Origin: Escherichia coli
GTDB taxonomy: Bacteria; Pseudomonadota; Gammaproteobacteria; Enterobacterales; Enterobacteriaceae
Length of the DNA: 64,000 bases
Strand: one strand, 5' to 3'
NCBI RefSeq assembly: GCF_044324785.1
Contig: NZ_CP172127.1
The position numbers were made by a program, and so were the translations under genes. Below the pieces are notes generated by a model, which was not told the DNA's origin, ran no database searches, and saw only the letters and a list, made by a program, of their open reading frames with translations. The first letter of the stretch is position 1; the number at the start of each line of letters is the position of its first letter. Shown here piece after piece: positions 11,477-24,347 of this stretch.

Positions 11477-14149
11477 CTACAGCAAGCTCTTGACATAACT
11501 GTCAATGTCGCTGATGTATTTTTCTATTCCTGGAACTTCCTTCTCACGAATCAGATGTTCCAGCGTTTCACATAACTGCTTGCCGGGTACCAGATTTAGC
11601 ATGGCAAATACGCCTTTAAGACGATGAGCCGTTTGGGCTAACGCAGCAAAGTCACTGGTTGCTGCTTCAGTATACAGCCTCTTAACATCATCCGGTACTG
11701 TGTCTACAAAGAGCGCATAATAGCCGCTGGCATGGAGTTGCGCATTTTCATCTCCGCCCAGAGGCGATTCTGTCACCTCTTCCTGCGCCAGTTGCACTTC
11801 AATTAATTGTAAGACCGCTTCCTGCATAGCGTTGCTCATATTGAAGTTGACGCACAATTGACCAGGTCCAATTTCCCGTACGCCAGACTCATCATCGCTT
11901 AAAAGCAAGCCAGAGGCAGTAAGATTAGACGGATTATCCGTTAAAAAGATATCATAATCTTGACTAATTAATCTTTCATCGGGTGTGATACAGGTTGCAC
12001 CCCAATTTTCTAACTGGCGAGTGACAATATTCCGAATTTCTGCCGAAGTAACATCCACCATTACGCAGACATCATCCAGTAATCGCTCTTCTTCCTCTTC
12101 AACTTCCGGGTCAGCTGCGAGCATTTTGATATGCACAGAGTAGCGTGTACCAAGCCCATCCCGCGTTTTGATGTTTAAATGACCGCCCAGTTTACGCGCC
12201 AGTTGATCGCTCAGCCAGAATGCCAGCGGGTCCGCCTTGCCATAGCGATCGTTTTGGGTCTGGTTGATAAACGGGAAGTGCAAATTATCCATTTCATGAA
12301 TGCTTACGCCTTCTCCCGTGTCCAGAATGCGGAACGTCAGGCGGTCTTCGGAGGACTCATCCTGATCAACCTCAAGGGTGATTTTTCCCAATTGCGTTGA
12401 GGTCACGGCATATTGCATCAGTAGCAGCAAAATACGTCGTAAGGCATCGCGATCGCCGCGGCGCATATCGTGTGCTTTCAGATGATTGTTAATCAACAGT
12501 TGCAGACCTTTACGCTTGATAGCAGGCAACACTGAAGGCACAACTTCATCAATCAAATCCTGCACAGAGAACAGCACCGTCTCACTTTTCCAGCTATCGT
12601 CCGCAAGCATGTTCGCTAACTGTATTTCATCGACCAGCCGCACCAGCACATCTGCCTGATTCGCCAGTTGTTTGCTTTCCGGGGCGTTGAGTTTAGCCGC
12701 GCTCTCCGCCAGGGACTGTGCGGGTTCTTTCAGCGCATCGCCAATGTTTTTCATAAAGGTCATCCGCCCCTGCTGGTTTTTCTCATACAGACGCTGCGCC
12801 TGCTTGAGTTTCTTGTTTACCAGCACTTCGCGATCCTGATCGCGAATAATGAAAATTTGTGTGCGCGGCGCAACCTGGCTGCGGAACATGCGGATCTCAT
12901 ACAGCTCGTTATTAATCGTCGCCTGAATAATCCCCTGATGCTGTTCCGCCATGGTGGTGATGTTTTGCAGATTCAAATGCGGCAGCAAATGATCGGCAAT
13001 TTTGTTACTTATGACAGTGCGGTTCGATTCCTGATCGTGAACCAGCAGGCCGAGCGGCAGCAGTGAGACTATCTCTTCATTGATTGCCCGTAAAATGCGC
13101 AATTCGTTATTGACCGCCGTGTTGGGTAGACTTTCTGTACTGCGACTGGAGAAATGGCGAAATGTGGTATAGCCAAATAACGCCAGCGCCAGCAAACCGA
13201 TGTTCAGCAGCAGTGGCAGCAGAATGTTTTGCAACGTATCCAGCAATAAGGTGCCATAAGGAACCTGCCAGACCAGTCGCATATCGGTAGAGTTGAGTGC
13301 CGAGGAGATTTCAATCTTCGTACTGTTAAAGTGGATACTGACGCTATCCGTCCCTTCTTTCTCATTATCATTGTTTCCCGTTGCCGTCGCGTCTGGCTCA
13401 AGGCGGAAACTGTCCAGCGGCATACCCGGTGGGATCAAATCATTAATCGGCAGATCAAAAGCCACAACCGTTGCCAGATGTCCCGGCTGGTTGAACGTGG
13501 TACGCAAGGTAAAGTAATGACCGTTCTGCCAGGCCAGGCGGCGCATGTTAGAAAAGCTTTCGCGTTCATCGAGGGCGTTGGCCTGTTGCAACATCTCTGC
13601 ACGACGTGAATCAACAATGTCGCTGACGGTCGATTCTTTAAATCCGGAGGTGAGATCTTTAAGGGGCAGGGTTGAGATCAGCACCAGACTGTTATCCTGA
13701 CCATTAAGGTAATACATCGACCACGGTACATTTTCTGCGCCCCACAATGTGTCCAGATAGGTGGACATCCGTTGAGTCATCTCAAGCGTTGAGTTGTCGT
13801 GAGAGCCAAAGATTAACGCTTCCGTTTTGCGGCGTGGTTTCTCCAGATAGTAGACATCCTGTTTCAGGCGCGTCTCTTGTAAACCTTCGCCGGAGGAGGG
13901 GGAGGTCGTCGCGGCAATGTTGTCGTAGATCTGCCAGGTCACGTAACGCCAGGTATCGACGCGCTTTTGGATAGCGTGGGTAATGTCGACAATCTGGTAA
14001 CTTTTATCTTTCAGCCAGGCGTTAACGGCGCTTTGTACCATTACACCCATCGTCACCAGTAACACAATGATCAACAGTAAAAAGAAGCGGGTAATGCTCC
14101 CCGGTAGGAGTGAAAAGCGGGTCGTGGCCGTTGTCTCTTTCTGACGCAT
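11477..14149 (-). CDS. rcsD: Rcs phosphorelay phosphotransfer protein RcsD (YojN), 890 aa
   Basis: 890-aa membrane protein with a degenerate kinase-like core and a C-terminal HPt domain, 16 bp upstream of rcsB on the same strand. Confidence 0.9.
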   Translation of the reverse strand: MRQKETTATTRFSLLPGSITRFFLLLIIVLLVTMGVMVQSAVNAWLKDKSYQIVDITHAIQKRVDTWRYVTWQIYDNIAATTSPSSGEGLQETRLKQDVYYLEKPRRKTEALIFGSHDNSTLEMTQRMSTYLDTLWGAENVPWSMYYLNGQDNSLVLISTLPLKDLTSGFKESTVSDIVDSRRAEMLQQANALDERESFSNMRRLAWQNGHYFTLRTTFNQPGHLATVVAFDLPINDLIPPGMPLDSFRLEPDATATGNNDNEKEGTDSVSIHFNSTKIEISSALNSTDMRLVWQVPYGTLLLDTLQNILLPLLLNIGLLALALFGYTTFRHFSSRSTESLPNTAVNNELRILRAINEEIVSLLPLGLLVHDQESNRTVISNKIADHLLPHLNLQNITTMAEQHQGIIQATINNELYEIRMFRSQVAPRTQIFIIRDQDREVLVNKKLKQAQRLYEKNQQGRMTFMKNIGDALKEPAQSLAESAAKLNAPESKQLANQADVLVRLVDEIQLANMLADDSWKSETVLFSVQDLIDEVVPSVLPAIKRKGLQLLINNHLKAHDMRRGDRDALRRILLLLMQYAVTSTQLGKITLEVDQDESSEDRLTFRILDTGEGVSIHEMDNLHFPFINQTQNDRYGKADPLAFWLSDQLARKLGGHLNIKTRDGLGTRYSVHIKMLAADPEVEEEEERLLDDVCVMVDVTSAEIRNIVTRQLENWGATCITPDERLISQDYDIFLTDNPSNLTASGLLLSDDESGVREIGPGQLCVNFNMSNAMQEAVLQLIEVQLAQEEVTESPLGGDENAQLHASGYYALFVDTVPDDVKRLYTEAATSDFAALAQTAHRLKGVFAMLNLVPGKQLCETLEHLIREKEVPGIEKYISDIDSYVKSLL

Positions 14150-14461
14150 TCGTGTTTATGACCTGTTAAAACTTCGCGAAGTGATAGGGCAGTATAAAGG
14201 GTACAGTGTGAAATTCCAGACTCTTACCTGATTGATGATTCTCTATTCTCCCGTGATATTTATCATCCTGCATTGGGGAAAATAGATGTACAAGCGCCAT
14301 TTTGCTGTACAAATAACCTACAAAAAGCCCAACGAAATTAATTGCAAATAAACGAAGATTGCTGGAAATTATGCTGATGTTAATTATTTGTGAAATAGTT
14401 AACAAGCGTTATAGTTTTTCTATGGTAGCACAGAATAATGAAAAGTGTGTAAAGAAGGGTA

Positions 14462-14554
14462 AAAAAAAACCGGATGCGAGGCATCCGGTTGAAATAGGGG
14501 TAAACAGACATTCAGAAATGAATGACGGTAATAAATAAAGTTAATGATGATAGC
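14462..14554 (-). ncRNA. micF: micF antisense sRNA (represses ompF translation)
   Basis: The reverse complement reads GCTATCATCATTAACTTTATTTATTACCGTCATTCATTTCTGAATGTCTGTTTACCCCTATTTCAACCGGATGCCTCGCATCCGGTTTTTTTT, recognised as micF with its intrinsic terminator. It is divergent from ompC. Confidence 0.9.
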
Positions 14555-14709
14555 GGGAGTTATTCTAGTTGCGAGTGAAGGTTTTGTTTTGACATTCAGT
14601 GCTGTCAAATACTTAAGAATAAGTTATTGATTTTAACCTTGAATTATTATTGCTTGATGTTAGGTGCTTATTTCGCCATTCCGCAATAATCTTAAAAAGT
14701 TCCCTTCTA

Positions 14710-14769
14710 TTTACATTTTGAAACATCTATAGCGATAAATGAAACATCTTAAAAGTTTTAGTATCATAT
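14710..14769 (+). promoter_or_regulatory. OmpR-P binding sites C1-C2-C3 of the ompC promoter
   Basis: Three tandem 20-bp boxes (TTTACATTTTGAAACATCTA / TAGCGATAAATGAAACATCT / TAAAAGTTTTAGTATCATAT) about 120-180 bp upstream of the ompC ATG. Confidence 0.8.
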
Positions 14770-14873
14770 TCGTGTTGGATTATTCTGCATTTTTGGGGAG
14801 AATGGACTTGCCGACTGATTAATGAGGGTTAATCAGTATGCAGTGGCATAAAAAAGCAAATAAAGGCATATAA

Positions 14874-16016
<1,143 letters not shown>

Positions 16017-16035
16017 TCTCGATTGATATCGAACA

Positions 16036-16058
16036 AAGGGCCTGCGGGCCCTTTTTTC
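16036..16058 (+). terminator. Rho-independent terminator of ompC
   Basis: GC hairpin GGGCC-tgcg-GGCCC followed by TTTTTT. Confidence 0.75.
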
Positions 16059-16127
16059 ATTGTTTTCAGCGTACAAACTCAGTTTTTTGGTGTACTCTTG
16101 CGACCGTTCGCATGAGGATAATCACGT

Positions 16128-17183
16128 ATGGAAATAAGCTTTACCCGCGTGGCACTGCTGGCTGCCGCGCTCTTCTTTGTTGGTTGCGATCAAAAACCAC
16201 AACCCGCCAAAACCCACGCTATTGAAGTTACCGTTCTTGAAGGCAAAACCATGGGTACGTTCTGGCGTGCCAGCATTCCGGGCATTGACGCCAAACGCAG
16301 TGCCGAACTTAAAGAAAAGATTCAGACCCAGCTGGACGCTGACGATCAGCTGCTTTCGACCTATAAAAAAGATTCCGCGCTGATGCGCTTTAACGATTCG
16401 CAAAGTTTATCGCCGTGGCCGGTAAGTGAAGCGATGGCCGATATCGTCACCACCTCGCTGCGCATTGGCGCAAGGACCGATGGTGCGATGGATATAACCG
16501 TCGGGCCGCTGGTGAATCTGTGGGGCTTTGGTCCGGAACAACAGCCGGTTCAAATTCCGAGCCAGGAACAAATTGATGCGATGAAAGCCAAAACCGGCTT
16601 ACAGCACCTGACGGTCATTAATCAGTCGCATCAGCAATATCTGCAAAAAGACCTGCCGGATTTATATGTCGATCTCTCCACCGTCGGCGAAGGCTATGCG
16701 GCGGATCATCTGGCACGCTTGATGGAGCAGGAAGGGATTTCCCGCTATCTGGTGTCGGTGGGCGGCGCGCTGAACAGCCGTGGTATGAACGGTGAAGGCC
16801 TGCCGTGGCGGGTAGCGATTCAAAAACCAACCGATAAAGAAAACGCGGTTCAGGCTGTGGTGGATATCAACGGTCATGGGATTAGCACCTCTGGCAGCTA
16901 CCGTAACTATTACGAACTGGACGGCAAACGTCTTTCCCATGTTATCGATCCGCAAACCGGGCGTCCCATCGAACACAATCTGGTATCCGTGACGGTGATT
17001 GCCCCGACGGCGCTGGAAGCCGATGCCTGGGATACTGGCTTGATGGTACTGGGGCCGGAGAAAGCCAAAGAGGTTGTTCGCCGGGAAGGGCTGGCGGTCT
17101 ACATGATCACCAAAGAAGGTGATAGCTTTAAAACCTGGATGTCGCCGCAGTTTAAAAGCTTCCTTATCAGCGAAAAAAATTAA
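16128..17183 (+). CDS. apbE: FAD:protein FMN transferase lipoprotein ApbE, 351 aa
   Basis: Lipoprotein signal with lipobox (LFFVGC), ApbE-family length and position downstream of ompC. Confidence 0.88.
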   Translation: MEISFTRVALLAAALFFVGCDQKPQPAKTHAIEVTVLEGKTMGTFWRASIPGIDAKRSAELKEKIQTQLDADDQLLSTYKKDSALMRFNDSQSLSPWPVSEAMADIVTTSLRIGARTDGAMDITVGPLVNLWGFGPEQQPVQIPSQEQIDAMKAKTGLQHLTVINQSHQQYLQKDLPDLYVDLSTVGEGYAADHLARLMEQEGISRYLVSVGGALNSRGMNGEGLPWRVAIQKPTDKENAVQAVVDINGHGISTSGSYRNYYELDGKRLSHVIDPQTGRPIEHNLVSVTVIAPTALEADAWDTGLMVLGPEKAKEVVRREGLAVYMITKEGDSFKTWMSPQFKSFLISEKN

Positions 17184-17189
17184 AGCGCA
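17177..17189 (+). promoter_or_regulatory. Ada box (AAAnnAAAGCGCA) of the ada promoter
   Basis: aaattAAAGCGCA lies about 70 bp upstream of the ada ATG and overlaps the apbE stop codon. Confidence 0.7.
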
Positions 17190-17256
17190 AGATTGTTGGT
17201 TTTTGCGTGATGGTGACCGGGCAGACTAAAGGCTATCCTTAACCAGGGAGCTGATT

Positions 17257-18321
17257 ATGAAAAACGCCACATGCTTAACTGACGATCAACGCTGGCAATC
17301 TGTCTTAGCCCGCGACCCGAATGCCGACGGCGAATTCGTTTTCGCCGTGCGCACCACGGGCATCTTTTGCCGTCCGTCTTGCCGAGCCAGACATGCCTTG
17401 AGGGAAAATGTCTCCTTCTACGCAAATGCCAGCGAGGCACTGGCCGCCGGATTTCGCCCCTGCAAACGTTGTCAGCCAGACAAAGCCAATCCCCGGCAAC
17501 ATCGCCTTGATAAAATTACCCACGCCTGCCGACTTCTGGAACAGGAAACGCCTGTAACGCTGGAAACCTTAGCCGACCAGGTGGCGATGAGTCCATTTCA
17601 TTTGCATCGGTTGTTTAAAGCGACTACCGGAATGACGCCGAAAGCCTGGCAACAGACCTGGCGCGCTCGTCGTTTGCGCGAGTCGTTAGCGAAAGGGGAG
17701 AGCGTGACGACGTCTATTCTTAACGCCGGATTCCCCGACAGCAGCAGTTACTACCGCAAAGCTGACGAAACGCTGGGCATGACGGCTAAACAATTCCGTC
17801 ACGGTGGCGAAAATCTGGCGGTGCGTTACGCGCTGGCTGATTGTGAGCTGGGTCGTTGCCTGGTGGCAGAAAGCGAGCGGGGGATTTGCGCGATATTGCT
17901 GGGCGATGATGACGCGACACTAATCAGCGAGTTGCAGCAGATGTTTCCCGCTGCCGACAACGCGCCTGCCGATCTGACGTTTCAGCAACATGTGCGTGAA
18001 GTGATCGCCAGCCTCAATCAACGCGATACGCCGCTGACGTTACCGCTGGACATTCGCGGCACTGCTTTTCAGCAACAAGTCTGGCAGGCACTGCGCACTA
18101 TACCTTGTGGTGAAACCGTCAGTTATCAGCAACTGGCGAACGCCATCGGCAAACCGAAAGCGGTACGGGCCGTTGCCAGCGCCTGTGCCGCCAACAAGCT
18201 CGCTATCGTAATACCCTGTCATCGGGTAGTCCGTGGTGATGGCACACTTTCCGGTTACCGCTGGGGCGTGTCGCGTAAAGCGCAACTGCTGCGTCGCGAA
18301 GCTGAAAATGAGGAGAGGTAA
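17257..18321 (+). CDS. ada: Bifunctional transcriptional activator / O6-methylguanine-DNA methyltransferase Ada, 354 aa
   Basis: N-terminal Zn-Cys4 methylphosphotriester domain (CRPSCRARH...CKRC), AraC-type HTH, and a C-terminal MGMT active site (IVIPCHRVV). Confidence 0.93.
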   Translation: MKNATCLTDDQRWQSVLARDPNADGEFVFAVRTTGIFCRPSCRARHALRENVSFYANASEALAAGFRPCKRCQPDKANPRQHRLDKITHACRLLEQETPVTLETLADQVAMSPFHLHRLFKATTGMTPKAWQQTWRARRLRESLAKGESVTTSILNAGFPDSSSYYRKADETLGMTAKQFRHGGENLAVRYALADCELGRCLVAESERGICAILLGDDDATLISELQQMFPAADNAPADLTFQQHVREVIASLNQRDTPLTLPLDIRGTAFQQQVWQALRTIPCGETVSYQQLANAIGKPKAVRAVASACAANKLAIVIPCHRVVRGDGTLSGYRWGVSRKAQLLRREAENEER

Positions 18322-18971
18322 TGTTGGATCTGTTTGCCGATGCTGAACCGTGGCAAGAGCCACTGGCGGCTGGTGCGGTGATTTTGCACCGTTTTGCTTT
18401 CAACGCTGCGGAGCAACTGATCCGCGATATTAATGACGTTGCCAGCCAGTCGCCGTTTCGCCAGATGGTCACCCCCGGGGGATATACCATGTCTGTGGCG
18501 ATGACTAACTGTGGGAATCTGGGCTGGACGACCAATCGGCAAGGTTATCTCTATTCGCCCATTGATCCGCAAACAAATAAACCGTGGCCCGCCATGCCAC
18601 AAAGCTTTCATGATTTATGTCAACGTGCGGCTACGGCGGCGGGCTATCCAGATTTCCAGCCAGATGCTTGTCTTATCAACCGCTACGCTCCTGGCGCGAA
18701 ACTGTCGCTGCATCAGGATAAAGACGAACCGGATCTGCGCGCGCCGATTGTTTCTGTTTCTCTGGGCTTACCCGCGATTTTTCAATTTGGCGGCCTGAAA
18801 CGAAATGATCCGTTAAAACGATTGTTGTTGGAACATGGCGACGTTGTGGTGTGGGGCGGTGAGTCGCGGCTGTTTTATCATGGGATTCAACCGTTGAAAG
18901 CGGGGGTTCATCCACTCACCGCCGACTGCCGCTACAACCTGACATTCCGTCAGGCAGGTAAAAAAGAATAA
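18321..18971 (+). CDS. alkB: Fe(II)/2-oxoglutarate-dependent DNA/RNA demethylase AlkB, 216 aa
   Basis: MLDLFADAEPWQEPLAAGAVILHRFA...; its start overlaps the ada stop (ATGA), the usual ada-alkB arrangement. Confidence 0.93.
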   Translation: MLDLFADAEPWQEPLAAGAVILHRFAFNAAEQLIRDINDVASQSPFRQMVTPGGYTMSVAMTNCGNLGWTTNRQGYLYSPIDPQTNKPWPAMPQSFHDLCQRAATAAGYPDFQPDACLINRYAPGAKLSLHQDKDEPDLRAPIVSVSLGLPAIFQFGGLKRNDPLKRLLLEHGDVVVWGGESRLFYHGIQPLKAGVHPLTADCRYNLTFRQAGKKE

Positions 18972-19046
18972 AAATAAGAATTATTATTGCTGTGTGCGCG
19001 AAGATGTTTAAACTGCGGGCTGTAATTCATTGTCCGGGTTTTCTGC

Positions 19047-20690
19047 ATGGAACTTCTTGTACTTGTCTGGCGGCAGTATCGCTGGCCATTTATCAGTGTG
19101 ATGGCGCTAAGCCTCGCCAGTGCGGCATTAGGCATTGGCTTAATTGCTTTTATCAATCAGCGCCTTATCGAAACGGCGGATACCAGTCTGCTGGTGTTGC
19201 CGGAGTTTCTGGGATTATTGCTGCTGTTGATGGCAGTCACTCTCGGATCGCAACTGGCGCTCACCACTTTGGGGCATCACTTCGTTTACCGACTGCGTAG
19301 TGAATTTATCAAGCGGATTCTGGATACCCACGTCGAGCGCATTGAACAACTTGGTAGCGCCTCGTTGCTGGCGGGGTTAACCAGCGATGTGCGCAATATC
19401 ACCATTGCTTTTGTGCGTCTGCCGGAACTGGTGCAGGGGATCATTCTCACTATCGGTTCAGCGGCGTATTTGTGGATGCTGTCGGGCAAAATGTTGCTGG
19501 TAACGGCTATCTGGATGGCAGTCACCATCTGGGGTGGTTTTGTACTGGTGGCGCGGGTGTACAAACACATGGCGACCCTGCGTGAAACCGAAGACAAGCT
19601 GTACACGGATTTTCAAACCGTACTCGAAGGGCGCAAAGAGCTGACTCTGAACCGGGAACGCGCCGAGTATGTGTTTAACAACCTCTACATTCCTGATGCG
19701 CAAGAGTATCGCCATCATATTATTCGCGCAGACACCTTCCATCTTAGTGCCGTGAACTGGTCAAACATCATGATGCTGGGCGCAATCGGCCTGGTGTTCT
19801 GGATGGCGAACAGTCTCGGTTGGGCTGATACCAACGTTGCCGCGACCTATTCGTTGACGCTGTTATTCCTGCGTACGCCGCTGCTTTCGGCGGTTGGCGC
19901 ATTACCGACGCTGCTGACGGCGCAGGTGGCGTTTAACAAGCTGAACAAATTCGCGCTCGCACCTTTCAAAGCAGAGTTTCCACGCCCGCAGGCGTTTCCC
20001 AACTGGCAAACGCTGGAGCTGCGTAACGTGACGTTTGCTTATCAGGATAATGCGTTTTCCGTTGGGCCGATTAACCTCACCATTAAACGTGGCGAGCTGC
20101 TGTTTCTGATTGGTGGCAACGGTAGTGGAAAATCGACGCTGGCGATGTTGCTGACGGGCTTGTATCAGCCACAAAGCGGCGAAATCTTGCTGGATGGCAA
20201 ACCTGTCAGCGGCGAACAACCGGAAGATTATCGCAAACTGTTTTCGGCAGTGTTTACCGATGTCTGGCTGTTTGATCAACTGCTGGGGCCGGAGGGGCAA
20301 CCCGCTAACCCGCAACTGGTTGAGAAGTGGCTGGCGCAGCTGAAAATGGCTCATAAGCTTGAGTTAAGCAACGGGCGTATTGTTAACCTGAAGTTATCAA
20401 AAGGGCAGAAAAAACGCGTGGCGCTGTTGCTGGCGCTGGCAGAAGAACGCGATATTATCCTGCTGGATGAATGGGCGGCGGATCAGGACCCACACTTCCG
20501 TCGTGAGTTTTATCAGGTGTTGCTGCCGCTGATGCAGGAGATGGGTAAAACGATTTTCGCCATCAGTCATGATGATCATTACTTTATCCACGCCGACCGC
20601 CTGCTGGAAATGCGCAACGGGCAACTTAGCGAGCTGACGGGCGAAGAGCGCGATGCCGCTTCGCGTGATGCTGTTGCCCGGACGGCATAA
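19047..20690 (+). CDS. yojI: ABC exporter YojI (fused permease-ATPase; microcin J25 efflux), 547 aa
   Basis: N-terminal six-TM domain plus a C-terminal NBD with Walker A (GGNGSGKST), ABC signature (LSKGQKKR) and Walker B (ILLLDE). Confidence 0.88.
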   Translation: MELLVLVWRQYRWPFISVMALSLASAALGIGLIAFINQRLIETADTSLLVLPEFLGLLLLLMAVTLGSQLALTTLGHHFVYRLRSEFIKRILDTHVERIEQLGSASLLAGLTSDVRNITIAFVRLPELVQGIILTIGSAAYLWMLSGKMLLVTAIWMAVTIWGGFVLVARVYKHMATLRETEDKLYTDFQTVLEGRKELTLNRERAEYVFNNLYIPDAQEYRHHIIRADTFHLSAVNWSNIMMLGAIGLVFWMANSLGWADTNVAATYSLTLLFLRTPLLSAVGALPTLLTAQVAFNKLNKFALAPFKAEFPRPQAFPNWQTLELRNVTFAYQDNAFSVGPINLTIKRGELLFLIGGNGSGKSTLAMLLTGLYQPQSGEILLDGKPVSGEQPEDYRKLFSAVFTDVWLFDQLLGPEGQPANPQLVEKWLAQLKMAHKLELSNGRIVNLKLSKGQKKRVALLLALAEERDIILLDEWAADQDPHFRREFYQVLLPLMQEMGKTIFAISHDDHYFIHADRLLEMRNGQLSELTGEERDAASRDAVARTA

Positions 20691-20700
20691 TATTACGACG

Positions 20701-20730
20701 CTGACCTGGCGGACTGCTGCCGCCAGGTCA
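20701..20730 (+). terminator. Terminator-like hairpin after yojI
   Basis: Inverted repeat gacctggcgg...ccgccaggtc, with no strong T-run. Confidence 0.35.
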
Positions 20731-20895
20731 ATATGCTAAGAATCCCTTCATTTCTAATAACCCTATAATTAATCAACGAAATTATAATGTTTCTAAAATT
20801 AGAATATAATTTATAAACATTATTTAAATGTTGTTACTTAAGTGTTACCGTTGATGCCGCGCAAATCTCACCTGCAATAAAGCGACTAAAAGTAA

Positions 20896-22554
<1,659 letters not shown>

Positions 22555-22556
22555 TG

Positions 22557-22680
22557 ATGTGCCACATCCGGCATGGTATGCCGGATGTGGCGTATGCTGA
22601 TAAGACGCGCCAGCGTCGCATCAGGCAACCGGCTTGGGCGTTAGATGTCGGATGCGGCGTGACCGCCTTATCCGACCTAC
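22557..22680. repeat. BIME (several REP/palindromic units) between convergent mqo and eco
   Basis: gccggatgtggcg...gataagacgcgcc...gcatcaggc and gtcggatgcggcgtgaccgccttatccgacctac are typical REP consensus units. Confidence 0.7.
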
Positions 22681-22703
22681 GGGGTGCCGCACTTCACGGC
22701 AGT

Positions 22704-23192
22704 TTAGCGGACTACCGCGTTGTCAATTTTCTCTTCCGCCTTCCAGATGCGGTATTTCACATCCACATTGTCTGGCGTATACACCACGATAGGCAGCTTG
22801 CTGTTGTAGCGCAGCATTCCGGCATCGCCCAGATAGGCAGTGACAAATTTCTTCTCTTTTTTGCCATCCGGGCAGGCCATCATCGTGGAAACCGGCGAGC
22901 TAACTTTATCAAAGACGTAATAATCATAGCCCCAGCCTTCCAGCGTTTTGCTTTCCAGCTTCCCGCCGAGACGATGCAAATTGCAGTCGACTTCCAGCGT
23001 CTGACCGATTAACAGTTCTACTTTCAGGGTAGATTCATCTTTTTGCGGGGTTAACTGAATCACCTGACGCTTCATCCCTTTTTCAGCTTGTGGATAAGGC
23101 GCGATTTTTTCCAGTGGCTGGACGCTTTCTGCCGCCCAGGCGGAAGTGGTAGCGAAAGCGGCAAACAATACTGCAGGTAGAATGGTCTTCAT
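22704..23192 (-). CDS. eco: Ecotin (periplasmic serine protease inhibitor), 162 aa
   Basis: [47 protein letters not shown]... The ORF track extends 7 codons upstream; start set at MKTIL. Confidence 0.92.
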   Translation of the reverse strand: MKTILPAVLFAAFATTSAWAAESVQPLEKIAPYPQAEKGMKRQVIQLTPQKDESTLKVELLIGQTLEVDCNLHRLGGKLESKTLEGWGYDYYVFDKVSSPVSTMMACPDGKKEKKFVTAYLGDAGMLRYNSKLPIVVYTPDNVDVKYRIWKAEEKIDNAVVR

Positions 23193-23451
23193 TTTTTTGC
23201 TTTCCTTCTTCATTTATAGGTTTTCACCGATGATGTCGCTGAAGGTTAACATATTCATCAGATTTATTAATTTGCTTTATGAATAACTTAAAGAACATTC
23301 AGATAATTTTACCTGCTCTTTTAGTGTTAAATTCTGATGAGGGAGCAAACCAGCAGAAATATCTCTGGCGAATTAATCGCTATATAAATATGTTTATAAC
23401 CATTTGAAATGTGAGCAAAAGCCCGTTTTTGCCACGCTTCCCGCCACTCTT

Positions 23452-23465
23452 TTGATCCTGCTACA
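23452..23465 (+). promoter_or_regulatory. Candidate FNR site of the napF promoter
   Basis: TTGATcctgCTACA is centred 20 bp upstream of the NarP site, matching the napF promoter layout I recall. The second half-site is weak. Confidence 0.4.
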
Positions 23466-23470
23466 GGTTT

Positions 23471-23486
23471 TACCCCGATCGGGGTA
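23471..23486 (+). promoter_or_regulatory. NarP/NarL 7-2-7 heptamer pair
   Basis: Perfect inverted heptamers TACCCCG-at-CGGGGTA upstream of napF. Confidence 0.75.
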
Positions 23487-23599
23487 TGCATCTTTGACAC
23501 ATCCTTTAATATCTTAGCGGCTATAAAAATGGCTTATTAATTATGCGGTTTATTTGGTCGCTCTCAATTTTCAGAGCGCGTTAATGATGGAAGGTCAAT

Positions 23600-24094
23600 G
23601 TGAAGATTGATGCATCCCGTCGGGGCATACTCACTGGTCGCTGGCGCAAAGCCAGTAACGGTATCCGTCCGCCCTGGTCCGGTGATGAATCTCATTTTCT
23701 GACCCATTGCACCCGCTGCGACGCCTGTATTAATGCTTGTGAAAACAACATTCTGCAACGCGGCGCGGGCGGCTATCCGAGCGTTAACTTCAAAAATAAC
23801 GAGTGCAGCTTCTGTTACGCCTGCGCGCAGGCTTGCCCCGAATCGCTATTTTCTCCGCGCCACACCAGGGCCTGGGATTTGCAGTTCACCATTGGGGACG
23901 CGTGCCTGGCGTATCAGTCAGTTGAATGCCGCCGCTGTCAGGATAGCTGTGAGCCAATGGCAATTATCTTTCGCCCGACGCTCTCCGGGATCTACCAGCC
24001 GCAACTTAATAGCCAACTTTGCAACGGATGTGGAGCATGTGCAGCCAGCTGTCCGGTATCAGCCATAACTGCGGAGTATCTCCATGCACACTAA
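23600..24094 (+). CDS. napF: Ferredoxin-type protein NapF, 164 aa
   Basis: Several CxxCxxCxxxCP iron-sulfur motifs; N-terminus MKIDASRRGILTGRW; first gene of the nap operon. Confidence 0.9.
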   Translation: MKIDASRRGILTGRWRKASNGIRPPWSGDESHFLTHCTRCDACINACENNILQRGAGGYPSVNFKNNECSFCYACAQACPESLFSPRHTRAWDLQFTIGDACLAYQSVECRRCQDSCEPMAIIFRPTLSGIYQPQLNSQLCNGCGACAASCPVSAITAEYLHAH

Positions 24095-24347
24095 CTGGCA
24101 AGTTTGCAGCCTGGTCGTGCAGGCCAAAAGCGAACGAATTTCAGACATCAGCACCCAACTGAACGCCTTTCCCGGCTGTGAAGTTGCTGTCAGCGACGCG
24201 CCGAGCGGTCAGCTGATTGTGGTGGTGGAAGCAGAAGACAGCGAAACGCTGATCCAAACCATTGAGTCAGTACGCAACGTAGAGGGCGTGCTGGCGGTGT
24301 CGCTGGTTTATCACCAGCAGGAAGAGCAAGGTGAGGAAACACCATGA
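24084..24347 (+). CDS. napD: NapA chaperone NapD, 87 aa
   Basis: 87-aa ORF overlapping the napF end and the napA start. Confidence 0.9.
   Translation: MHTNWQVCSLVVQAKSERISDISTQLNAFPGCEVAVSDAPSGQLIVVVEAEDSETLIQTIESVRNVEGVLAVSLVYHQQEEQGEETP

Noticed and set aside
14166-14405. 79-aa hydrophobic ORF on the minus strand between micF and the rcsD start
   Set aside because: It lies in the AT-rich rcsD leader and promoter region, has no convincing ribosome-binding context that I can see and no recognisable motif. Most likely a chance ORF; only ribosome profiling could rescue it.
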